Shown: in pieces, positions 1-9,401 of the stretch
Numbering within the stretch: position 1 is the stretch's first letter
Layout of the letters: the number at the start of each line of letters is the position of its first letter
From: Candidatus Marinacidobacterium sp.
Lineage (GTDB): Bacteria; Acidobacteriota; Vicinamibacteria; Marinacidobacterales; Marinacidobacteraceae
Reading direction: 5' to 3'
Length of the DNA stretch: 64,000 nucleotides
Assembly (NCBI GenBank): GCA_965220965.1
Contig: OZ244852.1
Span: 672,001 to 736,000, forward strand
Notes under the pieces: generated by a model
Database searches by the model: none
What the model saw: the letters and a program-made list of their open reading frames with translations, nothing else
Told to the model about the DNA's origin: nothing
Position numbers and translations under genes: made by a program

Positions 1-2
1 TC

Positions 3-1754
3 GGCGCCAGCTCGTCGCTCAGCATCACCGACGGCAACTTCGTCGGCGAGGGACCGATCGCCGGGCGGGGCTCCTGGCTGCTGAGCGCCCGACGGACCTA
101 CTACGACGTGGTCGTGGGCCGCATCTTCGACCAGAACTTCCCCTCGTTCTCCGACATCCAGTTCCGGACCGACTGGGAGTGGGGGCCGGGGCACCGCCTC
201 ACCCTGACCGGGCTCAGAAGCAGGGAGAACACCGACTTCTCGATCGAGGACGACGACGAGCCGGACGAGATGGTGGACTTCCAGGGCGACACGACGAACG
301 ACCTGGTCTCGGCCCGCCTGGACGCCGTCATTTCCGATCAGGCCACCTCCTCGACCGTCCTGGCGTGGTACCGGAACGCGGAGCTTCTCGACTTCCTGGG
401 TCTGTTGCGCACCGGTACGCGGGGCGCCGGCGATGCGAGCGAGGAGGAGACCGAGCCGCTGGACCGCATCGCGTTCCGCCGTGAGCTGGCGGTGCGCGAC
501 TTCTCGCTGCGCCAGGAGTTCGGCTTCGAGATCGGGAGCCGGCACTTCCTCGGGATGGGCCTCGAGCTCCACCGCATCCGCTCCGGCCTCGACCAGACCA
601 TCGACGGGGTCCGCAACACCACCGCCGCCGACCCGACGAGCATCCAGGGGGGCTCGGCCCTTCCCGATTTCCTGGCGTCCGAGCTCGTTGGAACCCGCGG
701 AGGGGCCTGGATCCAGGAGACCTACCGGATGACGGACCGGTTCTCGCTGGAGCCCGGGCTCCGTCTCGAGTGGAGCACCGTGAACGGGCGGAGCACGCTG
801 TCGCCGCGGTTCGCGGCGGGCTACGACCTGGGCGCCGGGTTCCGGCTGCGGGCCGCCGGAGGGCTCTACACCCAGAGCCCGGGCTGGGAGAAGCTGCTGG
901 CCTCGGACAACCTCCTCGATCTGAACGCGGTGGACCGCCTGGCCTTCGAGCGGGCGGTCCACGCCGTCCTCGGGGTGGAGAAGTCGCTGGGGGCCGGCGC
1001 CCGGTTCCGCGTCGAGGCCTACTGGAAGCGCTACGAGGACCTGCTCTCCGGACGTCTGGAGACTCCCGCAGAGACCGCGTTCCGGGTCTCGCGCTACGCG
1101 TTCCCCGACGAGCTCGCCGCAGCGGTCCCCAGCGCGGCGCAGATCACGATCGATCCGGAGAACGGGGCTCGCGGCTCGGCGCGCGGACTCGATGTCTACG
1201 TCGAGCGCAACGACCCCTCGGCCCGCCTGGTGGGGTGGATTTCGTGGTCGCTGGGCCGCGCCGAGCGCGAGGTCTGGGGCGCCCGGTTCCCCTTCGACTA
1301 CGACCGGCCGCAGGCGCTCAACGTCGTCAGCGTGCTGCGGATCTCGGACCGCTGGAGCCTCGCGGGCACCGGGCGCTTCGCCAGCGGCTTCCCCTACACC
1401 CCGGCGGTGGGCGTGCGGGTGGCCGCCACCGAGGACGAGCGGGGACTCCTCGTCCCGGAGACCGACGGCCTCGGGAACCTGATCTACACGGTGGATCTCG
1501 GCGGGTTCGACAACCGGAACGCCGCCCGCCTCCCGAACTACGCCCGGCTCGACCTGCGCCTCACCTACCAGCACGGCGGACCGACCGGCCGCTGGTCGGT
1601 CTACGCCGAGGTCATCAACGCCACCGGACGGGAAAACGGCACCGCGATCGAGCAGGAAGTCGTCGCGGGTCCGGGCGGCGTTCCCACAGTCGAGGAGTAC
1701 CCGGAGTTCGGCTTCCCGCGCATCCCCACGATCGGGATCCGGTTCCGCTTCTGA
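3..1754 (+). CDS. TonB-dependent outer-membrane receptor (5' truncated by window edge)
   Basis: Frame of ORF 108..1754 is open back to position 3 (GASSSLSITDGNFVGEGP..SWLLSARRTYYD); beta-barrel-like segments, 'RLPNYARLDLRL', C-terminal Phe (IGIRFRF). Confidence 0.85.
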   Translation, partial: GASSSLSITDGNFVGEGPIAGRGSWLLSARRTYYDVVVGRIFDQNFPSFSDIQFRTDWEWGPGHRLTLTGLRSRENTDFSIEDDDEPDEMVDFQGDTTNDLVSARLDAVISDQATSSTVLAWYRNAELLDFLGLLRTGTRGAGDASEEETEPLDRIAFRRELAVRDFSLRQEFGFEIGSRHFLGMGLELHRIRSGLDQTIDGVRNTTAADPTSIQGGSALPDFLASELVGTRGGAWIQETYRMTDRFSLEPGLRLEWSTVNGRSTLSPRFAAGYDLGAGFRLRAAGGLYTQSPGWEKLLASDNLLDLNAVDRLAFERAVHAVLGVEKSLGAGARFRVEAYWKRYEDLLSGRLETPAETAFRVSRYAFPDELAAAVPSAAQITIDPENGARGSARGLDVYVERNDPSARLVGWISWSLGRAEREVWGARFPFDYDRPQALNVVSVLRISDRWSLAGTGRFASGFPYTPAVGVRVAATEDERGLLVPETDGLGNLIYTVDLGGFDNRNAARLPNYARLDLRLTYQHGGPTGRWSVYAEVINATGRENGTAIEQEVVAGPGGVPTVEEYPEFGFPRIPTIGIRFRF

Positions 1755-1789
1755 GGCGCCGACCCACCGGACTGCGAAGACAGCGTGTC

Positions 1790-2095
1790 ATGCGGGAACC
1801 CATCCACCCCGGGGAGACGCTGCGGGAGGATCTCGAAGCGCTAGGGATGAGCGCCGCGGAACTGGCGCGGCGGATCGAGGTCCCGGCGAGCCGCATCACC
1901 GGGATCCTGAACGGCCGGCGGCCCGTAACGGCCGACACGGCGCTCCGGCTCGGGCGCTTCTTCGGCACCTCGGGGGAGTTCTGGCTCAACGTCCAGAAGA
2001 TCTACGAGTTGCGCCTCGCGGAGCAGGAACATGGCGCGGAGATCGCCCGACTGCCGTCGCTGGCGGTCCGCAAGCCCTCGCCGGTCGCGAGTTGA
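1790..2095 (+). CDS. higA: HigA-family addiction-module antitoxin (HTH)
   Basis: ATG at 1790 gives MREPIHPGETLREDLEALGMSAAELARR...TADTALRLGRFFGTSGEFWLNVQ, the typical HigA signature (tail of ORF 770..2095). Confidence 0.9.
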   Translation: MREPIHPGETLREDLEALGMSAAELARRIEVPASRITGILNGRRPVTADTALRLGRFFGTSGEFWLNVQKIYELRLAEQEHGAEIARLPSLAVRKPSPVAS

Positions 2096-2148
2096 GTCGG
2101 GCCCTTATCCCACCACCGGGATCCGGGTCCGCTGTTGAGGCGTCCTGA

Positions 2149-3477
2149 CTAGGGGCGGGGACCTCCGGTTCCGAAGCCGCGGACGCCCACCCGCCTCGGG
2201 ATGTAGTGGTCCGGGTCCACGGTCCGGTGGTAGACGATCCGCCCGTTGCTCATGACGAACATCGGCTCGTGGGTGGCGTAGATGTCCTCGACCGGGTTGC
2301 CGTCCACCGAGACGAGATCGGCTTCGAGGCCGACCGCGATCCGCCCGGTCCGGTCCTCGACGCCGTAGACCTCCGCCGAGCGGATCGTCGCGGACTGGAG
2401 CGCCTGGAGCGGGGTCATCCCCATCTCCACGAAGTGGGTCATCTCGCGGTAGACCCGGTTGTTGCTCCTCGGGGAGTACTGGGTGTCGGTCGCCGTCAGG
2501 ATCGTCACTCCCAGTTCGAGCGCCCGCCGGAACCCTTTCTCCAGGTAGTGGAGCAGGTGCGATCCGCGCTGGAAGCTGGCGGATGAGTCGTAGTCGTCGT
2601 GGGGAAGCAGGAATCCGACGACCGAGGTGTAGGTGGGGACCCACGCGGTACCGCGCTCCAGCATCATCTGAAGCCCCTCCTCGTCCACGTAGGAGCCGTG
2701 CTCGATCGTTGCGCATCCGGCGACGATGGCGTTGCGAACCACTTCCGCGCCGTGGGCGTGGCACGCCACCTTGACGCCGAGCGCATCGGCCTCCTCGACG
2801 ATCGCGGTGAGCTCGTCGACGCTGTAGACCATCATCTTGGGATCCGGCCCGTCGGGGCCGGAAGTCGTGCCGCCGGAACGGGTCTTGATCCATCGCGCGC
2901 CCCGCGAGACATCCACCTGGACGACCTCCCGGACCGCCTCCGCGCCGCGCACTTCGCGGTTCAGGTACTTGTAGAGCCGGGGATCCGCGAGCGCCGATTG
3001 GCCCAGGTTCGGGAGAACGTAGACGCCGGCGGCGAAGATCTCCGGCCCGGCGATGTAGCCCTGTTCGACCATGTCGTTCATGCGGACATCCAGAAAGCTC
3101 CCGACCGCGGCGCTCTTCATCGTGGTGACCCCCGACTCGAGGGCGCGATAGAGCCCGTCGAGGGTCCGGCCGTGCCAGTGGCCGTCGAACAGCCCCGGGA
3201 TGAGATGCCGGCCTCCCATGTCGAGGATGTGCGCCCCCTCGGGCGGCGGGCCGGTCCCGACGGACTCGATGAGGCCGTCGCGCACAACGACGACGGCGTC
3301 CTCGGTGACCTCGCCGTTTTCGACATGGACGACATGGGCGTTCACCAGCGCGACGTGCGGCTGCGGCAGAACCCCGTCCTCCCCCGGCAGGTGGGGAACG
3401 GTGGGCTGGGCCGCGCCCGGGGCCGGGAGCGCGAGGAGCAGCAGACCGACGAGCAGGAACAGGCGGGTTCGGGACAT
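2149..3477 (-). CDS. secreted metal-dependent amidohydrolase
   Basis: Start MSRTRLFLLVGLLL (signal peptide) with AAGGAG upstream; amidohydrolase motifs PGLFDGHWH, IKT, HAHG, IEHG, TD, GRIAVGLEADLV. Confidence 0.85.
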   Translation of the reverse strand: MSRTRLFLLVGLLLLALPAPGAAQPTVPHLPGEDGVLPQPHVALVNAHVVHVENGEVTEDAVVVVRDGLIESVGTGPPPEGAHILDMGGRHLIPGLFDGHWHGRTLDGLYRALESGVTTMKSAAVGSFLDVRMNDMVEQGYIAGPEIFAAGVYVLPNLGQSALADPRLYKYLNREVRGAEAVREVVQVDVSRGARWIKTRSGGTTSGPDGPDPKMMVYSVDELTAIVEEADALGVKVACHAHGAEVVRNAIVAGCATIEHGSYVDEEGLQMMLERGTAWVPTYTSVVGFLLPHDDYDSSASFQRGSHLLHYLEKGFRRALELGVTILTATDTQYSPRSNNRVYREMTHFVEMGMTPLQALQSATIRSAEVYGVEDRTGRIAVGLEADLVSVDGNPVEDIYATHEPMFVMSNGRIVYHRTVDPDHYIPRRVGVRGFGTGGPRP

Positions 3478-3563
3478 GAGGCGCTCCTTCGGGCCATGCG
3501 GCCCGTTCCGATGGTACGTTGCAGAAACGCCGGAGCCCCTGCGCTCCGGGAAGGAGTCGCGAC

Positions 3564-4850
3564 GTGTTGCATCGAAGGGCCTTTCTGGCGGCCGCCGGCG
3601 GCGCGCTGACCGCGCTCCAGGCCGACGCCGCATCGCGGATCGCGGAAGCCGTCTCCGGCGTCGGCGCGACAAGCGCCCAGGAAGTCGCCAGCGACGAGGA
3701 CTTCTGGTTCCAGGTGCGGCAGGCGTTCACCATCGACCGGAACCACATCAATCTGAACTCGGGCAGCGTGAGCCCGGCGCCCACGCCGGTCCAGCGGGCG
3801 ATGCGCCAGTACTGGGAGATCACCAACATGGGGCCCTCGCTCTATGTGGACGAGCTCCTCGGACCCCGGATCGAGGTGGCCCGGCGGCGGCTCGCTGACG
3901 CGTTCGGCGCGAGCCCCGACGAGATCGCCTTCACCCGCAACGCCAGCGAGGCCATGGAGATCATCCAGTTCGGCCTTCCGCTCGAGGCCGGAGACGAGGT
4001 CCTGACCACGACGCAGGACTATCCGCGGATGCTCATGACGTTCCGCCAGCGGGAGCGCCGCGACGGGATCGTGCTCCGCACTGTCCCCTATCCGACGCCC
4101 CCCGAGGACCTCTCCGAGCTGACGCACATCCTCGAGCGCGCCATCACCCCGAGGACGAAGCTGCTGCTCATCTGCCACACCACCTTCACCACCGGCCAGA
4201 TCTTCCCGGTGGGCGAGATCTGCCGGATGGCGCGGCGTCACGGCGTCGAGACGATCGTGGACGGGGCGCACGGTTTCGCGCACTTCCCGTTCACCCGGGA
4301 TGAGCTCGACTGCGACTACTACGGAACCAGCCTCCACAAGTGGCTCTTCGCCCCGGTCGGGACCGGCTTCCTCTACGTGCGGAAGGACAAGATCCCGCGG
4401 GTCTGGCCGCTCATGAGCGCCCCCGCGAGCCAGGACGACGACATCCGCAAGTTCGAGCAGATCGGCACGAACCCGATCGCGGTGCGAGGCCCGATCACCG
4501 AGGCGCTCACCTTCCACGACGGCCTGGGGCCGGAGCGCAAGGCGGAGCGGCTCGTCTACCTTCGCCGCCGGTGGGCGGAGCGCGTCAAGGAGCTTCCCGG
4601 GGTCCAGGTCCTGAACCCGCCGGACATCCGCCAGGCGTGCGGCATCGGCGCCATGCGGATCGACGGCGTGGACTCCGGAGAGCTCACCGACTTCCTCGAG
4701 CGCAAGTACCGGATCCACGTCCGGCCCCGGTTCGTCAGGGGAGAGTTCGACTGCATCCGCGTTTCGCCGAGCGTGTTCACCACCCTCGAGGAGGTGGATC
4801 TGTTCTCGACCGGGATCGAGGACGCCGCCCGGAACGGAGTCGCGCTGTGA
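3564..4850 (+). CDS. Tat-exported class V PLP-dependent aminotransferase-like enzyme
   Basis: AAGGAG at 3551 then GTG 3564; twin-arginine HRRAFL signal; LNSGSVSP, DGAH, PLP Lys in TSLHKW. Confidence 0.85.
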   Translation: MLHRRAFLAAAGGALTALQADAASRIAEAVSGVGATSAQEVASDEDFWFQVRQAFTIDRNHINLNSGSVSPAPTPVQRAMRQYWEITNMGPSLYVDELLGPRIEVARRRLADAFGASPDEIAFTRNASEAMEIIQFGLPLEAGDEVLTTTQDYPRMLMTFRQRERRDGIVLRTVPYPTPPEDLSELTHILERAITPRTKLLLICHTTFTTGQIFPVGEICRMARRHGVETIVDGAHGFAHFPFTRDELDCDYYGTSLHKWLFAPVGTGFLYVRKDKIPRVWPLMSAPASQDDDIRKFEQIGTNPIAVRGPITEALTFHDGLGPERKAERLVYLRRRWAERVKELPGVQVLNPPDIRQACGIGAMRIDGVDSGELTDFLERKYRIHVRPRFVRGEFDCIRVSPSVFTTLEEVDLFSTGIEDAARNGVAL

Positions 4851-6046
4851 GCGGCGGAGACGGGTTCTCCCGACGCGCGCTTCTCAAGGGAGTTCTGGCG
4901 GCGGCCCCGGTCTCGGCGGCGTGCGCCAACGGGCAGGAGCCTGCGCCGACGACCGAGGGCGGGCCACCCTCGGGCGTGGCGCTCTGGGGTCAGGACCTCG
5001 GGCTCGGCGAGATGTTCCGGAGCGCGAACGGCGAAACCGAGGTCGAGGCCTACATCAGGAAGTGCGCCGACCACGGGGTCTCCCGGGTCTTCGCGCCCGG
5101 CGCATCGGAGGACCTGGTCCAGACCGGGCGCGACCACGGCGTGACCGTCCACCCCTACAAGGCGGTCGCCTCCCACGGCGGCATCCGGATGTATCCCGCC
5201 TGGTCGTCCAACTTCATGGTCCCGCGCTTCGGGACCGAGGAAGGGCGCATCACCCTCGACGCGCACCGTCCGATCTGGAGTCATCCGCAGCGCATCGAGA
5301 GCCTGAGCGACTTCCTGCGGGAGAACCCGCAACACCGTCACCGGAACCGGTCGCTCTCCGACGAAATGCAGCCCTACGAGCGCGTGTTCCTCAGCCCCGG
5401 CCTCCCGGAGGGAAGAGCGGAGGAGGCGCGGGCGTTCGCCGATCTCCTCACGAGCAGCGGGGGTCTCGGGATCCAGGCCGAATTCGTGTCGATCAACGAG
5501 GACGAGGACGGGGTGAGCACCGACGGCTACGAGGACTCGATCGCCTCAGCCTTCAGAGAGGCCACCGGCCGCGACCCGTTCGACATCCCGAACGCCGATC
5601 CCGACTGGGTGGACTTCCGGGCAGCCCGCTGGACCGACATGGTGCGCGCGATCCGCGACGCCGTGAAGGCCGTCCGCTCCGACGCGGTCTTCACGATCAC
5701 CGTGATCAACCGGGATCCCGACGGATACCGGACGCGCATGCAGGACTGGCCCACGTGGGTGGACGAGGGCCTCGCCGACGAGATGCACCTCTGGTTCCGC
5801 TCCACGACGGATCTCGGAGTGATCGAACGCCAGGCGCGGCACATGGTCGACACTGTCCGCGGCCGGGTTCCGGTGGTGGCGGAGTTCTCCTGCTACCACC
5901 CCGGCAGTCTCCAGACGGCCGACGCGATGATGGACGCGGCCCGCGCCACCCGCGCCGCCGGCGTGGACGGCCTCGGGATCTACCGCAGCCACGCGGTGGA
6001 GCAGCTCCGGTTCTGGCCGCTCCTCGAAGCGATGACGCAGTTGTAG
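4847..6046 (+). CDS. Tat-exported protein, glycoside-hydrolase-like (GHL10-like) TIM barrel
   Basis: GTGA overlap with upstream stop; SRRALLKG Tat motif followed by AAC; WVDFRA and QDWPTWVDEGLAD resemble the GHL10 C-terminal region. Confidence 0.55.
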   Translation: MSGGDGFSRRALLKGVLAAAPVSAACANGQEPAPTTEGGPPSGVALWGQDLGLGEMFRSANGETEVEAYIRKCADHGVSRVFAPGASEDLVQTGRDHGVTVHPYKAVASHGGIRMYPAWSSNFMVPRFGTEEGRITLDAHRPIWSHPQRIESLSDFLRENPQHRHRNRSLSDEMQPYERVFLSPGLPEGRAEEARAFADLLTSSGGLGIQAEFVSINEDEDGVSTDGYEDSIASAFREATGRDPFDIPNADPDWVDFRAARWTDMVRAIRDAVKAVRSDAVFTITVINRDPDGYRTRMQDWPTWVDEGLADEMHLWFRSTTDLGVIERQARHMVDTVRGRVPVVAEFSCYHPGSLQTADAMMDAARATRAAGVDGLGIYRSHAVEQLRFWPLLEAMTQL

Positions 6047-6191
6047 CGGGATCGGGTTCCAGAGCTGCGGGTTCGCTCAGCCTCCCTCCTGTTCCCCGGG
6101 GAAGTCCGGTTCCTCTCGGTTCACTCGCGCGCGCAACGCTTCGGTCTGCGGGCCGGCTTCGACTCCGGTGGTGTCCCGGCCGGAGCAACCC

Positions 6192-7451
6192 TCAGCGCAC
6201 GCGGATGGCGTCCCAGTTGTCCCAGGCGGAGGTGTCCGAGAGGACGACCTCATCACCTTCGGTGAGGCCGTCCAGCACTTCGATGCGGTTCACCGATCCA
6301 CGGCCCAGCCGGACCGGGATGCGCTCGGCGGTGGCGCCGTCCGGGCTGATCCGGAAGAGACCAACCGTGCTCCCCGGCTGGCCGTAGGCGGGACGGCCCA
6401 CGTGGAGCGTGTCGGGGATGCGGTCGAGCTGGATCGAGCCGTCCACCGAGAGGTCGGGCCGGGCGCCGCGGGGCAGGGCGCCTTCGAGGCGGATGTCCAC
6501 CCGGACGGCCCCGTCCCGGACGGCCGGATCCACTCGCGAGACGACTCCCGGGATGACGCCGTTTCTGGTGTCCACCAGGGCGGTCTGCCCCGGGGTGAGA
6601 TCGCCCGCCTGGGTCTCGGGAATGCGGAGGACGGCGCGGAGCTCGCTCACGTTGGCGACGCGGGCCAGGTTGTCCCCCGGACTCACCTCCTGGCCGACCT
6701 CCACCGGGGTCTCGAGCAGGACGCCGGCGCGCCCGGCGCGGACGGTGAGGGCCTCGAGCTGTCGGGTGCGGAGCTCGACGACCGCCTGGTGGCGGGCCAC
6801 GGTCGCCTCCTTCGAAGCGAGCTGCGCTTCGGAGGAGCCGGCGAGGGTCTCGAGACGCTCCTGCTCGAGGTCGCGCCGGACCTCGAGCTCCTCGGCGCGG
6901 ACGAGGCTTCGGCGGTGGATGAGCTCGCCGATGACGCCGGCCTGGAGGAGTTTCGCGTCGGCGTCCGCGCGCCGGCGGGCGCTCTCCGAAGAGGTCCGGA
7001 GCTGGTTGGCGGCGTTCTCCTGTTCGAGCAGGTCCGAGCGGATCCGGTCACGGAGGCGGCGAAGTTCGGCTTCCTGGCCGCGGAGCTGGAGCTCCGCCTC
7101 CCGGGTCTGCTGGACGAGCGTCGGGTTCGAGAGGACGAGCAGCACGGTGTCGGCTTCGACCGGCGTCCCGGGAAGGATCCGGCGCTCCTCGACCCGTCCG
7201 CGGGTTTCGGCCGCCAGCCAGCGGACTTCTTCGGGCGGGACTTCGAGGACGCCGGGGCCTCGGACCCTCCGGACGAGCTCACCCCGCTCGACGACTCCGG
7301 TCCACAGGGTGGATCGGCTCACCTCGGGCGCTCCCGGAGCGAGCCGGGTGAGCAGCCAGAGCGCGGTCGCCGCGCCCGCGATCCCAGCGGCCCAGAGGAG
7401 GAGCCGTCGCCGCCTGCGCTTGCGCTGCCGGTCGGCGATCTGGAAGTCCAT
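6192..7451 (-). CDS. efflux periplasmic adaptor subunit (HlyD/MFP family)
   Basis: N-terminal TM, GRVEERRILPG lipoyl half-motif, coiled coil, GARPDLSVDG, IEVLDGLTEGDEVVLSD. Confidence 0.85.
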   Translation of the reverse strand: MDFQIADRQRKRRRRRLLLWAAGIAGAATALWLLTRLAPGAPEVSRSTLWTGVVERGELVRRVRGPGVLEVPPEEVRWLAAETRGRVEERRILPGTPVEADTVLLVLSNPTLVQQTREAELQLRGQEAELRRLRDRIRSDLLEQENAANQLRTSSESARRRADADAKLLQAGVIGELIHRRSLVRAEELEVRRDLEQERLETLAGSSEAQLASKEATVARHQAVVELRTRQLEALTVRAGRAGVLLETPVEVGQEVSPGDNLARVANVSELRAVLRIPETQAGDLTPGQTALVDTRNGVIPGVVSRVDPAVRDGAVRVDIRLEGALPRGARPDLSVDGSIQLDRIPDTLHVGRPAYGQPGSTVGLFRISPDGATAERIPVRLGRGSVNRIEVLDGLTEGDEVVLSDTSAWDNWDAIRVR

Positions 7452-7477
7452 GTCTCAGGCCGCTCCAGTGACTCGCC

Positions 7478-9367
7478 TTAGTCGAAGACGAGGGCGGGGA
7501 GCGTCAGCGTGAGCCAGGGGGCGTAGGTCACCAGCAGCACGGCGCCGGCGCGGATCGCGAGAAACGGCAGCGCGGCCCGGTAGACCTCGCCGAGCGGCCG
7601 CCGGAACCGGTAGGACGCGAGGAAGAGGTTCATGCCGACCGGGGGCGTCAGGTAGCCGAGCTCCAGGTTCGTCAGAAAGATGACCCCGAGATGGATGGGA
7701 TCGACCCCGTAGGCGAGGCCCAGCGGGGCGATCAGCGGCACGACCACCACGATGGCCGAGTAGATGTCCATGAGACACCCGGCGACCAGCAGGACCAGGT
7801 TCAGCAGCAGCAGGAAGAACAGCGGGGACTCGACGAAGGACTGGACCCACGCCACCGCGGTCGCCGGGATGTCGGCGAAGATCAGGTAGTTCGTCAGGCC
7901 GAGCGCGCAACCCAGGATGAGCAGCACGCCGCCGATCAGGGTCACCGCGTTCCCTCCGGTGCGCACCAGGTCGCCGAGGCCCTTGCCCTCGCGGTGGACG
8001 ACGTACTCCACGAAGAGGACGTAGAGCACGGTGATCGCGGCGGCCTCGACCAGGGTTGCGATCCCGCCGAGGATGACCCCGATCACCACCACCGGGATCG
8101 CCGCCTCCCACTTGGCCTCCCACAGCGCAGAGAGCGCCGTCCGGATCCTGAACGGCGTCGTCCCGCCGGCTGGCGCCGATCCCTCCGCCGGCCGCCGTCC
8201 CACCCGGCGGGCGACCAGGATCGTGAACCCGGCGACGAGCCCGATCTCCAGCAGCGCCGGCACGAACCCGGCGACGAAGAGCCGCTGGATGTCCACCTCG
8301 GCGACCAGCCCGTAGAGGATCACCGCCAGCGACGGCGGGAACAGCAGTCCGAGCGAGCCCGCCGAGGTGAGGAGGCCGGTCGAGAACTTCGCGCGGTGGC
8401 CGTCGGCGACCAGCATCGGGAACATGAGCCCGCCGATCGCCAGGATCGTGACGCCGCTTCCCCCGGTGAACGAGGTGAAGAAGGCTGAGACCACGATCGC
8501 CACGATCGCGACGCCGCCGGGGATCCAGCCGAACATTCCCCGGAAGAGCTTCACCAGTCGCCGGGGCGCGCCGCCATCCGCCAGGATGTAGCCGGCGAGC
8601 GTGAACAGCGGGATCGTGGGCAGCGTGGGCTTGCTCACCATCCCGTAGGCCTCGGCGGGGATCGCCGAGACCGGGTCCCAGTTCGCCCATAGCAGCACGG
8701 CGGCCGCGCCGCCGAGCGCCACGAAGATGGGCGCTCCGCCGGCGGCCGCGATCAGGATCAACGCCAGAAGCGGCCAGGCGATCCCGGTCTCGGTCAGGTC
8801 GAACCCGGAGACGCCCTCGTGGAGCAGAAGGGGAACGGCGAGCGCGACGAGCGCTCCGACCTTCCCCCAGCGGGTGGGGATCCGCCGCCAGATCCTCCAG
8901 CCGATGAGCGCGAAGCCGAGCGGCATGACGCCCTCGGCCACCCACACCGGGACGCCGAGGGCGAGCTCGCGTCCGCCTTCCCACTCGGCGCGGATCAGGA
9001 CTACGCTGGCGTAGGCCAGCGCTGCGGAGACGGCGACCCCGACGCCGCCGGACAGCGAGGCGATCACCGGCTTCCACCGCTCGGGCGCGGCGCTCGGTCC
9101 GGCGGTGAGCGCAAGCAGCTCCCCGCGGCGGGCGGCCACCGCGGCGCCGAGGAAACCCACCCAGAGCGCCAGGTGCTGCACCCACATCGAGGATCCCGGG
9201 ATCCCGGTGGGGAAGAACGGACGGATCGCCGCCTCCACGATGGGGATCGCGGCCATCAGGATCAGCGCGGTCAGCGAGACCGCCTCCTCGAAGACCGCGA
9301 TGCGGCCGCCGGCGCGCGAAACCGGCGCGCCTCCGGCGGCGGCCGGGGCGGGGTCCGGGCTGCTCAT
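7478..9367 (-). CDS. TRAP transporter fused small+large permease (DctQM)
   Basis: DctQ-like N-terminal TMs; DctM motifs IPLFTLAG, GSLGLLFPPS, GVDPIHLG, LTPPVGMNLF. Confidence 0.9.
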   Translation of the reverse strand: MSSPDPAPAAAGGAPVSRAGGRIAVFEEAVSLTALILMAAIPIVEAAIRPFFPTGIPGSSMWVQHLALWVGFLGAAVAARRGELLALTAGPSAAPERWKPVIASLSGGVGVAVSAALAYASVVLIRAEWEGGRELALGVPVWVAEGVMPLGFALIGWRIWRRIPTRWGKVGALVALAVPLLLHEGVSGFDLTETGIAWPLLALILIAAAGGAPIFVALGGAAAVLLWANWDPVSAIPAEAYGMVSKPTLPTIPLFTLAGYILADGGAPRRLVKLFRGMFGWIPGGVAIVAIVVSAFFTSFTGGSGVTILAIGGLMFPMLVADGHRAKFSTGLLTSAGSLGLLFPPSLAVILYGLVAEVDIQRLFVAGFVPALLEIGLVAGFTILVARRVGRRPAEGSAPAGGTTPFRIRTALSALWEAKWEAAIPVVVIGVILGGIATLVEAAAITVLYVLFVEYVVHREGKGLGDLVRTGGNAVTLIGGVLLILGCALGLTNYLIFADIPATAVAWVQSFVESPLFFLLLLNLVLLVAGCLMDIYSAIVVVVPLIAPLGLAYGVDPIHLGVIFLTNLELGYLTPPVGMNLFLASYRFRRPLGEVYRAALPFLAIRAGAVLLVTYAPWLTLTLPALVFD

Positions 9368-9401
9368 GGGAGGCCCGGAGAGACTACCGGGCGGCTTGGG
9401 A

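Noticed and set aside
6047-6191. Possible ncRNA between convergent genes
   Set aside because: Only short GC stems; no recognisable family motif, promoter or terminator.
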